64,000 nucleotides of DNA from an uncultured bacterium (GTDB taxonomy: Bacteria; Patescibacteriota; Microgenomatia; Levybacterales; UBA12049): contig CAWGXL010000010.1 of the NCBI GenBank assembly GCA_963826535.1, positions 170,814 through 234,813 of the forward strand, read 5' to 3'. Position 1 is the first letter of the stretch. Each line of letters begins with the position of its first letter. Below, one piece after another: positions 9,253-17,930 of this stretch. Below the pieces are notes generated by a model. That model searched no databases. It was not told the origin of the DNA and saw only the letters and a program-made list of their open reading frames with translations. A program made the translations under genes and the position numbers.

Positions 9253-9906
9253 ATGCACGAAAGATTTAGACCACTTACAGCTGCAGCTTTAATGGTAGGA
9301 GCTGAAGTTTTTATCGCAACAAGTGCTATTGCTCAGAATGATGAAATTAAACCTGTTGACCCCTCTTTAATGAGGGAAGCCATCGAATGTGTTTTGACAG
9401 TCAAGCCAGGAAAAACAGTTTTATATACAAAGGATTATCCTCAATTTAACTTAAGAAAAACTGAAATTAAGAATAAAGGAAAAAGATATTTTATTGATAC
9501 ATCAAAAAGTTACACAGAAGAGACTGTTCTGTCAGATATCGAAATTGTCGAAATATCTAAAGGAAAAAGCGGAAATGAACAGGTAAGGATTTATTATGAT
9601 GGAACAATAGAACAGCTTGAGGGAGCGGCCAAGAGCGATGACATTTCTCAACGGAAGGAAGCAATATTAAAGCTTACTAAAATTGAAGCTCAAAAAAAAC
9701 TGGATGGACATGTGGATTATGGACGATATCCAGAAGATGAAGCTATCGAGAATAGGGTAAACGATAGGTTTATAAATGGGAGTATAGACCCTCTAGCTGC
9801 TGGTTTATATTTAGAAGCTAGATTTCAGGTAAAACGGGATATATATCAAAAAGGATATAATTCAGCTATTCAGGATATAGTTGAGGCATGCAGAGAAAAT
9901 AAATAA
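9253..9906 (+). CDS. Hypothetical secreted protein
   Basis: Signal-peptide-like N-terminus (..TSAIA|Q), two Cys near the termini, own promoter; no family recognised. Confidence 0.7.
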   Translation: MHERFRPLTAAALMVGAEVFIATSAIAQNDEIKPVDPSLMREAIECVLTVKPGKTVLYTKDYPQFNLRKTEIKNKGKRYFIDTSKSYTEETVLSDIEIVEISKGKSGNEQVRIYYDGTIEQLEGAAKSDDISQRKEAILKLTKIEAQKKLDGHVDYGRYPEDEAIENRVNDRFINGSIDPLAAGLYLEARFQVKRDIYQKGYNSAIQDIVEACRENK

Positions 9907-9951
9907 GAGATTGCTTCGTCGTCCGCCAGCTGGCGGACTCCTCACAATGAC
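9907..9951. repeat. REP/RPE-like palindromic element
   Basis: GAGATTGCTTCGTC...CTCCTCACAATGAC enclosing the perfect 18-bp palindrome GTCCGCCAGCTGGCGGAC (9921-9938); starts right after a stop codon. Confidence 0.7.
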
Positions 9952-9974
9952 TTGTGTTTTCTACCTCATTTTTC

Positions 9975-9983
9975 TGCTAAAAT
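9975..9983 (+). promoter_or_regulatory. Extended -10 promoter for galE
   Basis: TGcTAAAAT. The same TGCTAAAATAGAA string precedes the gene at 48471. Confidence 0.55.
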
Positions 9984-10004
9984 AGAACAAGTTGTTTAAA
10001 TCAT

Positions 10005-10976
10005 ATGAGAATACTCGTCACCGGCGGTGCAGGCTATATCGGCAGTTTCATGGTCAAAAGACTATTAGAAGAGCAACATCAAGTCGTCGTTTTCGACAGC
10101 CTGGAACGTGGACATAAAGAAGCAATAGATCCAAGAGCAAGTCTAAAAATAGGAAATCTACTTAATGAAAACTTTTTAGATGATACATTAAAGAACAACA
10201 ATTTTGACGCAATAATCCATTTTGCCGGCTATATCTCCATGGAAGAATCCATGCGAAAACCTGAAATATATTTCACAAATAATACTTTCGCTACATTAAA
10301 GTTACTCGAAAAAGCAAAAACTTTTTCTATCAATAAATTTATCTTCTCCTCAACAGCCGGAGTTTATGGAAATCCTACAAAAGTACCGATCCCGGAAGAC
10401 CACCTCAAAAATCCCGAAAATCCCTATGGAGAAAGTAAATTAATAGTTGAAAATATACTAAAATGGTTTCAAAAAATTCATGGTGTTAACTTCGTCGCTC
10501 TTCGTTATTTCAACGCTTGCGGAGCCGCGCTAGATGGCAAAATGGGTGAAAACCATAAACCCGAAACCCACATCATCCCTAAAGCAATTGAAGCGGCGCT
10601 TACAAATCAACTATTTACATTATTTGGCAGCGATTACAAAACAAAAGATGGAACCTGCGTAAGAGATTATATCCATGTATTAGATTTAGTAGAAGCTCAT
10701 ATTTTGGCATTACAAAAATTAAACACCGATCCCGGCGGACATTATTACAATGTAGGAACAGGCAATGGCTTTTCAAATAAAGAAGTAGTAGAAATGGTTA
10801 AAAAAATATCAGACATTGATTTTAAAATACAAACACATGAAAGAAGAGCAGGGGACGCAGATGAACTGGTTGCGGACCCGACAAAAATTAACACCGAATT
10901 ACAATTTAACCCAAAATATTCTGACCTTGAAACAATTGTCAAAACCGCGTGGCTTTGGCACAGGAGAAAGATATGA
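10005..10976 (+). CDS. galE: UDP-glucose 4-epimerase
   Basis: TGGAGYIGS, HFAG, FSSTAGVYG, YGESK, LRYFN, DGTCVRDYIHV, RRAGD. Confidence 0.93.
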   Translation: MRILVTGGAGYIGSFMVKRLLEEQHQVVVFDSLERGHKEAIDPRASLKIGNLLNENFLDDTLKNNNFDAIIHFAGYISMEESMRKPEIYFTNNTFATLKLLEKAKTFSINKFIFSSTAGVYGNPTKVPIPEDHLKNPENPYGESKLIVENILKWFQKIHGVNFVALRYFNACGAALDGKMGENHKPETHIIPKAIEAALTNQLFTLFGSDYKTKDGTCVRDYIHVLDLVEAHILALQKLNTDPGGHYYNVGTGNGFSNKEVVEMVKKISDIDFKIQTHERRAGDADELVADPTKINTELQFNPKYSDLETIVKTAWLWHRRKI

Positions 10977-12031
10977 AGATTGCATTAGACATCACCCCCC
11001 TAAAAGGAGAACTAAATGGGCACAAAGTAAGAGGTGTAGGTTTCTATATAGAATATCTAAAAAGATCATTACTTAAATATTTCCCCGAAAACGAATACAA
11101 ATTTTTTACAAAACATGATCATCTGGATAACTCAATTGACATAGTACATTATCCTTATTTTGATCCATTTTCTTCTTCTCTACCATTTATAAAAAAACAC
11201 AAAAGAGTTGTGACAGTACACGATCTGACACCACTAATTTATCCACAACATTTTCCTTCAGGGATAAAAGGGAGTTTGCGTTGGCAAATTCAAAAACTTA
11301 TTTTAAAAAGAAGTGAATGTATAATTACTGATTCATATACCTCACAAAAAGACTTAGCGAGAATATTAGGTATGAAAAAAAAGCAAATTAATGTTACATA
11401 CTTAGCAGCTGCCGAGGAATTTCAAAGACTTGAAATCGGTAAATGGAGGCAGCAAATAATTATGAAATATAAATTACCGGAAAAATTCATTTTATATGTA
11501 GGTGACGTAACCTGGAACAAAAACATTCCAACCCTTATTGAGGCGATAAAAGAAGTTAATCTTACTCTAGTCATGGTGGGTAAGGCTCTAGTAGACACAA
11601 ATTTAGACACAAGCAATCTATGGAACGAAGACCTTATAAATGCACAGAAAATGATTGCTGGGGATAAAAGATTTATAAGACTTGGGTTTGTATCTACACA
11701 AGAGTTAATCGAGCTTTACAATATTGCAACTGTTTTTGTCTTCCCTTCAATATACGAAGGTTTTGGGCTGCCTATCCTTGAAGCAATGCAATCCGGCTGT
11801 CCGGTTGTCTTAGGAAAAGAAGGAGCTTTAAAAGAAGTAGGTGGAGATGCAGCTTTCTATGTCAATCCATTTAACACAAATAGCATCGCCAATGGAATAG
11901 GCGAAGTATTTTTTACTCCTAAATTACAAAAAAAATTATCGGAAAAAGGACTAAAGCAAGCCAAAAAATTTAGTTGGCAAAAAACCGCAGGTAAGACAAT
12001 TCATGCTTATAAAGTAGCATTAGAAACTTAA
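10973..12031 (+). CDS. GT4 glycosyltransferase (MtfB-like)
   Basis: RGVGFY, TVHDL, FPSIYEGFGLPILEAM. Start moved to ATG 10973 (ATGA overlap with the galE stop). Confidence 0.88.
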   Translation: MKIALDITPLKGELNGHKVRGVGFYIEYLKRSLLKYFPENEYKFFTKHDHLDNSIDIVHYPYFDPFSSSLPFIKKHKRVVTVHDLTPLIYPQHFPSGIKGSLRWQIQKLILKRSECIITDSYTSQKDLARILGMKKKQINVTYLAAAEEFQRLEIGKWRQQIIMKYKLPEKFILYVGDVTWNKNIPTLIEAIKEVNLTLVMVGKALVDTNLDTSNLWNEDLINAQKMIAGDKRFIRLGFVSTQELIELYNIATVFVFPSIYEGFGLPILEAMQSGCPVVLGKEGALKEVGGDAAFYVNPFNTNSIANGIGEVFFTPKLQKKLSEKGLKQAKKFSWQKTAGKTIHAYKVALET

Positions 12032-12032
12032 A

Positions 12033-13223
12033 TTATTTTATTAATTCATGATAAATCAATTCGTATTGTTTCGCAATCGATTCATAAGAATAATTTTCCA
12101 TAACAAAGCTGCGCGCGTTTAAAGCAATTTTCTTATACAAATTCCTATCTTTAAGTATTTTAATTGTCAGATCGGCTAGGTCACCTGAAGTATTCCCAAT
12201 TAAAACATTTTCGTAGTTTTTCGCTTTAATACCGGAAATTCCAATATTTGTAGTAATGACAGGCAATTTTGCTGCCATTGCGCCAAGTATTTTTAATCTG
12301 CTCCCCCCGGGGCCATAAAGTGGGGCTACCATCAAACTAGAGTTTCTATAATATTTTTTTACACTCCCTATATCATCACTCGGAATATCGACAACTGTAA
12401 TATTATTTGAGTGTAAATTTTCTATCTTTTTAGTAAATTGTCCGGCAATTACAAGCTTTGCTTGAGTTAAAGTTTTCAAGATTTGCGGAAAAACCTCTTT
12501 TGCTAATATATTTGCTGCTTCAACATTTTGTAACCAAGCATAGTTCCCCATAAAAAGGATGGTTTGATTATATCGTAGAGGGACGTCTTCTATAAGGTCC
12601 TCCCCGACACCATTTGGTACTACCTTAACATCATCCCTGATTGGCAGTTCTTGTTTCATAATAGTAGCATCATGTTCAGATACGGCAACAGTCACTGAAG
12701 ATTTTTTCCAATAATGTACTTCCCAATGTTTTAGTTTCATTACATCAAGAGAAAGAAGAGGGCGGAGAAATGGAAATTTATAATTTTGCACATAGTGTTT
12801 ATAAACTTCAAACTCAATTGTTTGGTCAACCAGTACTAAAGGCACCTTTGACTCCGGCAAATTCGGTATAACATAGAAAGTTTCAGCATGAATAATATCA
12901 AATTTCCCTGTTTTTATTATATCCGGCAATGCCTTACTGGCCGAAGTAGAAAAGTTTCGCACAATCAAAAACGGACGTGTACTAAAACCTGTTTTGATAA
13001 TATTGGAAAAAGTGAAAGGCTTCTCCGATCTTTTAAAAATGAATATTTTATCACAATACGGTGCGAGATATTTTATATATTTTTTTTCTTCTTCTGTCTT
13101 AATTAGAGAAACAAGTGTAATTTTATGTAACTTTGATAAGTGCTTAATTAAATTATTTGAACGAATTTGCCCACCTGAACTGGTAGGGTAGGGAAAATAA
13201 GGCATAATCATTAAAATTCTCAT
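12033..13223 (-). CDS. GT4 glycosyltransferase
   Basis: PYP..SGGQIR, VPNGV, APL..PGGSRLKILGAMA. Confidence 0.87.
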   Translation of the reverse strand: MRILMIMPYFPYPTSSGGQIRSNNLIKHLSKLHKITLVSLIKTEEEKKYIKYLAPYCDKIFIFKRSEKPFTFSNIIKTGFSTRPFLIVRNFSTSASKALPDIIKTGKFDIIHAETFYVIPNLPESKVPLVLVDQTIEFEVYKHYVQNYKFPFLRPLLSLDVMKLKHWEVHYWKKSSVTVAVSEHDATIMKQELPIRDDVKVVPNGVGEDLIEDVPLRYNQTILFMGNYAWLQNVEAANILAKEVFPQILKTLTQAKLVIAGQFTKKIENLHSNNITVVDIPSDDIGSVKKYYRNSSLMVAPLYGPGGSRLKILGAMAAKLPVITTNIGISGIKAKNYENVLIGNTSGDLADLTIKILKDRNLYKKIALNARSFVMENYSYESIAKQYELIYHELIK

Positions 13224-13263
13224 AAAATTTAGTCTTTAGCAGTTAGGACTTAGAGATTAGTAA

Positions 13264-14673
13264 CTAATCCCTAACACCTTTATATTTAATCGCCCAAGCA
13301 ACACCCAAAAGAATCCAAAAAAGACTGGCAACCTTCGATGCTTCTAAAATATCAATAAACAAAGCAGTAATGGCCGCGTCAATTACAATTCCAATAATAA
13401 CTATATAAAATAATTTTGTAAAACGATCATTTGTATGTATTTCGGCAATAAAGCGACGCAATAAAACCCAAAATATTAGCATAATTGAAACAAAACCTAT
13501 CACCCCTGTTTCTCCTAACGCCCGAAGATAATCATTATCTGTAGCCAGGGAAATTGATGAATATCCTGTACCTAGAAACGGATTTTTGTACAATGCATGA
13601 AGAGCCCGCGGCCATTCATCAGTCAAGCGGATCGCGATAGAACGGCCAACTTCAAGTTCCGTATAATCTGTAGACTCGCCTGCCGCGATATCGCGGGGCA
13701 ATCCTTGTTTGGCTTTTGCTTCAGCAATAGCTTCTTCCGATTCCCTGGAAGGAACAATCAATTTATTCAGAATAATTGGTGTAGGGCTCGGTGTATAAGT
13801 CCTCTCAACCTTATTAAGTATATTAACATTCAATGTGGCGACTATCCGCCCGCGAAATTGTGGAACCGCTATAATCAGAAGAATACAGAATAAAATTAAG
13901 CCGATTATCATTGAGCGTTTTTTCAATAACAATAACACCAGGACCAGTCCTGCAAAAGTAGCAAAAAATGATATTCGGGAGGCAGCGTAGGTAAGTAAAA
14001 TAAAACTAGGAACACTTAGGAGAATAATACCCAATCTCATCCAGGCCCTTTTAACATAAAAAAAGACACCTGCCATTACAATAAGAAAATATGAAAGGTA
14101 AATAGATAAATCATAGTGTCCTGCAAATGTGGAATTTACACGACCGTTTGGGGATAATGTCGACAGTATTCCTGTTGAAAAATCCTTGTCAACTGTTGTA
14201 ACAACTTTAAAACCAAAAAATAATTGACCAAATCCATAAATCACAACTACAAGTGTCGCGAAAATAAATGCCCACAATAAATATTTTATATGTTGTCTAG
14301 ATGTAATACTTGTAGCAGCAATCCAGAACAGAAGCATAAATTCCAATCGCCTTAGCCAATGAAGAAAGCCTAAATGCGGCACGACAGACTGAGTAATAAG
14401 AAGCGCGCTAAGAAGAGAAACGAATCCAACAAACCAGAATAGTAAAAAAACTTGAAAGTAAAGATTTCTAAAAATTTCTCGTTTATATACCAAATGATAA
14501 ATAAACCACGAAAATATGGTAATAGCAATAAATAAATCCTCCAAACGTATTGCCACATAAGTCCCGGGAACATTAAAAAAAGGAAATTTAGGATATAAGG
14601 GAATAAAAATCACCAGTCCCATAAGGAGCCAAAATAAAATCTTTGGATAATAAATACCTATAGATTTGATCAT
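13264..14673 (-). CDS. O-antigen ligase/Wzy-like polytopic membrane protein
   Basis: IRLED, STFAGHYDL, SR.S, R..EWP.A...NPFLGTGY, TDNDYLRALGETG; paralogous to the N-half of 51935-54691. Confidence 0.82.
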   Translation of the reverse strand: MIKSIGIYYPKILFWLLMGLVIFIPLYPKFPFFNVPGTYVAIRLEDLFIAITIFSWFIYHLVYKREIFRNLYFQVFLLFWFVGFVSLLSALLITQSVVPHLGFLHWLRRLEFMLLFWIAATSITSRQHIKYLLWAFIFATLVVVIYGFGQLFFGFKVVTTVDKDFSTGILSTLSPNGRVNSTFAGHYDLSIYLSYFLIVMAGVFFYVKRAWMRLGIILLSVPSFILLTYAASRISFFATFAGLVLVLLLLKKRSMIIGLILFCILLIIAVPQFRGRIVATLNVNILNKVERTYTPSPTPIILNKLIVPSRESEEAIAEAKAKQGLPRDIAAGESTDYTELEVGRSIAIRLTDEWPRALHALYKNPFLGTGYSSISLATDNDYLRALGETGVIGFVSIMLIFWVLLRRFIAEIHTNDRFTKLFYIVIIGIVIDAAITALFIDILEASKVASLFWILLGVAWAIKYKGVRD

Positions 14674-15564
14674 AATTCAGTGAGCACCTTTCTATATGTC
14701 TTTGTATAACTAGGTTTACCTAAGACATAAAAACCGACTATACGAAGGAGAATAGATAAATAGATAAAAACTTTAACAGTATACGCCGCAAAAGCCCCCT
14801 TATATTTTTTCTGCAAATAAAGAAGCTCCTTGAATTCTCCTAACCATTGGCGCAAGTTTGGATTATCTGAACTTGCCCCTCCAATATGCATTATTTGCGT
14901 TTTATCTGTCCACCCGACACTATAGCCTGCCTTTTTAGCCCGTATACAATAGTCAACATCCTCACAATACATGAATATATTTTCATCTAATAAACCAATC
15001 GACCAAAGAATTTTCCTTCTTAAACATAATCACACTGCCGCTAACCCAGCCGACTTTTCTTTCGTTCTTGTAATATGCGGCAGAGGTTTGATGAAATGAG
15101 GGAAGAGCATCTCTAAAAAATGGAAGGTCATCTATCCCAAAAAGCCAAACAAGAAGAGGAAGACCAAAAGGCAAATCCCCTGCATTTGGCTGAAGACTCC
15201 CGTCAGGATTTACAAGCTTACATGTTGCAATATCAAACCCAGTTTTCTCCATACTCTCAAGTAGGGTATCTAAACTACCCTCGCTGACTTCTGTATCAGA
15301 ATTTAGAAGTAAGTAGTAACTGGCGTCGGCTTTTTGTAAAGCTAAATTATTTCCACCGGCAAAACCTCTATTCTTGTCACTCTTAATAAGTTTTACATCT
15401 GAAAATTCCTTTCTTATCATTTCTGCTGACCCATCATTTGAGGCATTATCTACAACCCATGTTTCTTGACTGTGTTTCCATTTTTTTGTCTGAATACTTT
15501 TAAGACACTTCCTCAAAAGATCTTTCGTATTGTAATTAAGAATAATGATTGCAAGATTATTCAT
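14670..15564 (-). pseudogene. WbbL-like GT2 (rhamnosyltransferase family) split by a +1 frameshift
   Basis: Removing one A from GAAAATT (15011-15014) joins ..GSVIMFKKE to ILWSIGLLDENIFMYCEDVD, giving about 297 aa. Could be a sequencing error. Confidence 0.8.
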
Positions 15565-16117
15565 GCTTTCTCCGTGTCCTTTTAAAAAGAATTACTTCAA
15601 AATAGATGCAAGTTAGAATTAAAAGATAAATAACTACTCTTCCGAAAGTAGATGATGGATAATATCGTATAGTTACCTCTGAATTATACTGTTTGCCGTC
15701 AAAGACTAAAGGCTCTGAATTCTTATCGAAAGCCTTACCATTCTCATTAAATGGTTCATAACCGCTTATTATAAGTGAATCTCTCAATATATAAAAATAC
15801 TCCTCGAGATACGTACTTTTTTGTTTTGGATCTAAATATGTAGACGCCAGATTCGGAGAATGATTTATACTGAGTGGTTTTATCAAACAGAAAGGGTTGA
15901 CGTATTTAAATAATTGACAGTTTAATCGCTCAAGCTCATTTTTATAAAAGTCAGTAACAAAATTTCTCCGGTTATTTGTATAATATTTACTTATATATTC
16001 TGACTGGCTTACTTTTACTGAATTAGGCAGAGAAGAAAGCATAGCAGGCTGAGAAACTGGCAAAATTACGTACCAAACTCCTAACAGAATTATAACTATT
16101 ACTATGAAGAATTTCAT
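15557..16117 (-). CDS. Hypothetical membrane protein (N- and C-terminal TM helices)
   Basis: Two hydrophobic ends around a soluble domain; overlaps the next gene start by 8 nt; TATAAT 12 nt upstream. Confidence 0.75.
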   Translation of the reverse strand: MKFFIVIVIILLGVWYVILPVSQPAMLSSLPNSVKVSQSEYISKYYTNNRRNFVTDFYKNELERLNCQLFKYVNPFCLIKPLSINHSPNLASTYLDPKQKSTYLEEYFYILRDSLIISGYEPFNENGKAFDKNSEPLVFDGKQYNSEVTIRYYPSSTFGRVVIYLLILTCIYFEVILFKRTRRKHE

Positions 16118-16207
16118 TGCCTAGTTACAATTATACCTCATCACCAATCTCTAAGCACTAACCCCTTGAACAACAACAAAAATAACAATACAATATAACT
16201 TAAGGAT

Positions 16208-16987
16208 ATGAAGGGGATTCTTAAATACAAAAAATATAAAGATTTATTCAAACAACTGACTCTCCGTGAAATAAAAAGTAAATACAAACAATCTGTATTG
16301 GGTTATGCGTGGGTACTGCTTGTCCCACTGCTTAATTTAATTGTTCTAAATATAGTATTCCAATATTTTTTCCGTGTGCCTACAGGAGATATTCCTTATC
16401 CCGTCTATCTTTTTGTCGCCCTGGTACCCTGGACATTTACAGCCAGTGCTATAGCGTCAGCCACGAGTAGTATCATAGCAAATAATTCGCTTATCACAAA
16501 AGTCTATTTCCCAAGAGAAATAATCCCTCTTTCTGTAATTGCTTCAAAGCTGGTAGATTTATTCCTTATGTGTCTTATCCTTATTGTTTTCTTGATTATT
16601 TACCAAATCCCATTACATTTAAGCATTCTCTATATACCTTTAATTTTCGCTATACAACTCATACTTATTACAGGTATATCGTTAATTCTTTCATCAATAA
16701 ATGTTTTCTTCAGGGATATTGAAAATATATTAGGTGTATTTTTAAGCACCTGGATGTATCTTACGCCCATTATATATCCGCCTGAACTTATACCCGCAAA
16801 TGTGAGGTTTATATTTGGACTGAATCCTATGGTTGGAATAATTAATGCCTATAGGAATACAATTTTATATGGTGTTCCGCCTCCTTGGATATCATTTTCT
16901 TTTTCAATTATCATTTCAATTGTTCTACTCATAATAGGTATATATATTTTTCGAAGACTATCAAGATCTTTTGCAGACGTTGTATAG
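16208..16987 (+). CDS. wzm: ABC-2 polysaccharide exporter permease
   Basis: REIKSKYKQSVLGYAW, KVYFPRE, FFRD, YLTPIIYP, LNPM. Confidence 0.92.
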   Translation: MKGILKYKKYKDLFKQLTLREIKSKYKQSVLGYAWVLLVPLLNLIVLNIVFQYFFRVPTGDIPYPVYLFVALVPWTFTASAIASATSSIIANNSLITKVYFPREIIPLSVIASKLVDLFLMCLILIVFLIIYQIPLHLSILYIPLIFAIQLILITGISLILSSINVFFRDIENILGVFLSTWMYLTPIIYPPELIPANVRFIFGLNPMVGIINAYRNTILYGVPPPWISFSFSIIISIVLLIIGIYIFRRLSRSFADVV

Positions 16988-17016
16988 TTATAAAATTATA
17001 GGGTAATGTCTTAGAT

Positions 17017-17736
17017 ATGGATAATACAATAATTTCATTTAATAGTGTAAGCAAAAAGTTTCGTAGAGGCCAAAAGTTACTTTTAAAAGAAGCCTTAATC
17101 GATTTATTTTTACCCGACAAAAAGGAAGATTTTTGGGCTTTAAAAGATGTGAATTTTGAAATCAAAAGAGGTGAAACGGTCGGAATTATAGGAAATAACG
17201 GTTCAGGAAAAAGTACTATTTTGAAATTAATCGCTGGCGTGATGTTTCCTACAAAAGGGATGGTGACTGTAAAAGGACGAATAAGTCCGCTTATAGAACT
17301 TGGTGCAGGATTTCACCCGGAATTAACAGGTAGAGAAAATATTTATCTTAACGGAGCTATTTTAGGACTCACAAAAAAACAAATAGACGAACGGTTTGCA
17401 GATATTGTAGCCTTTTCTGAACTATCAGATTTTATTGACACACCTGTGAAGCACTACTCTTCCGGAATGTACATGCGGCTAGGATTTTCAGTTGCAGTAC
17501 ATACGGAACCGGAAATCTTACTTATTGATGAAATATTCGCAGTGGGGGATACAAGTTTCCAGGAAAAATGCTTCAGAAAAATGGAAGAATTTAAGAAAAA
17601 AAATGTTACAATTGTGCATGTCACCCACGATATGGCAACGGTTGAAAAATTCTGTGAAAAAGCAATATTTATCAATAAAGGCCATATAGAAGAAATCGGG
17701 AATGCCAGGCAAATTGTCAAAGAATATTTAAAATAA
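17017..17736 (+). CDS. wzt: Polysaccharide exporter ATPase, short form without a C-terminal CBM
   Basis: GNNGSGKST, ELGAGFHPELTGREN, YSSGMYMRLGF, LLIDE. Confidence 0.93.
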   Translation: MDNTIISFNSVSKKFRRGQKLLLKEALIDLFLPDKKEDFWALKDVNFEIKRGETVGIIGNNGSGKSTILKLIAGVMFPTKGMVTVKGRISPLIELGAGFHPELTGRENIYLNGAILGLTKKQIDERFADIVAFSELSDFIDTPVKHYSSGMYMRLGFSVAVHTEPEILLIDEIFAVGDTSFQEKCFRKMEEFKKKNVTIVHVTHDMATVEKFCEKAIFINKGHIEEIGNARQIVKEYLK

Positions 17737-17930
17737 ATCTTTATACACTTCTAATTTAAAAATAAATTTTATAATACTAACATAACCCCGCTTAGCGAGA
17801 CGGCGCAGTATATATTTTTTTAGAAAAATCCCATATAATATAAAAATAATCTACAATGATCTAAAAAATAATTCAGTTTAAAGATATGTTCTCTTTGATA
17901 AGAGAGGGTGAATAAAACTAAGTCCATTAT

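Noticed and set aside
17786-17808. GC-rich patch CCCCGCTTAGCGAGACGGCGC after wzt
   Set aside because: No convincing stem or match to the other elements
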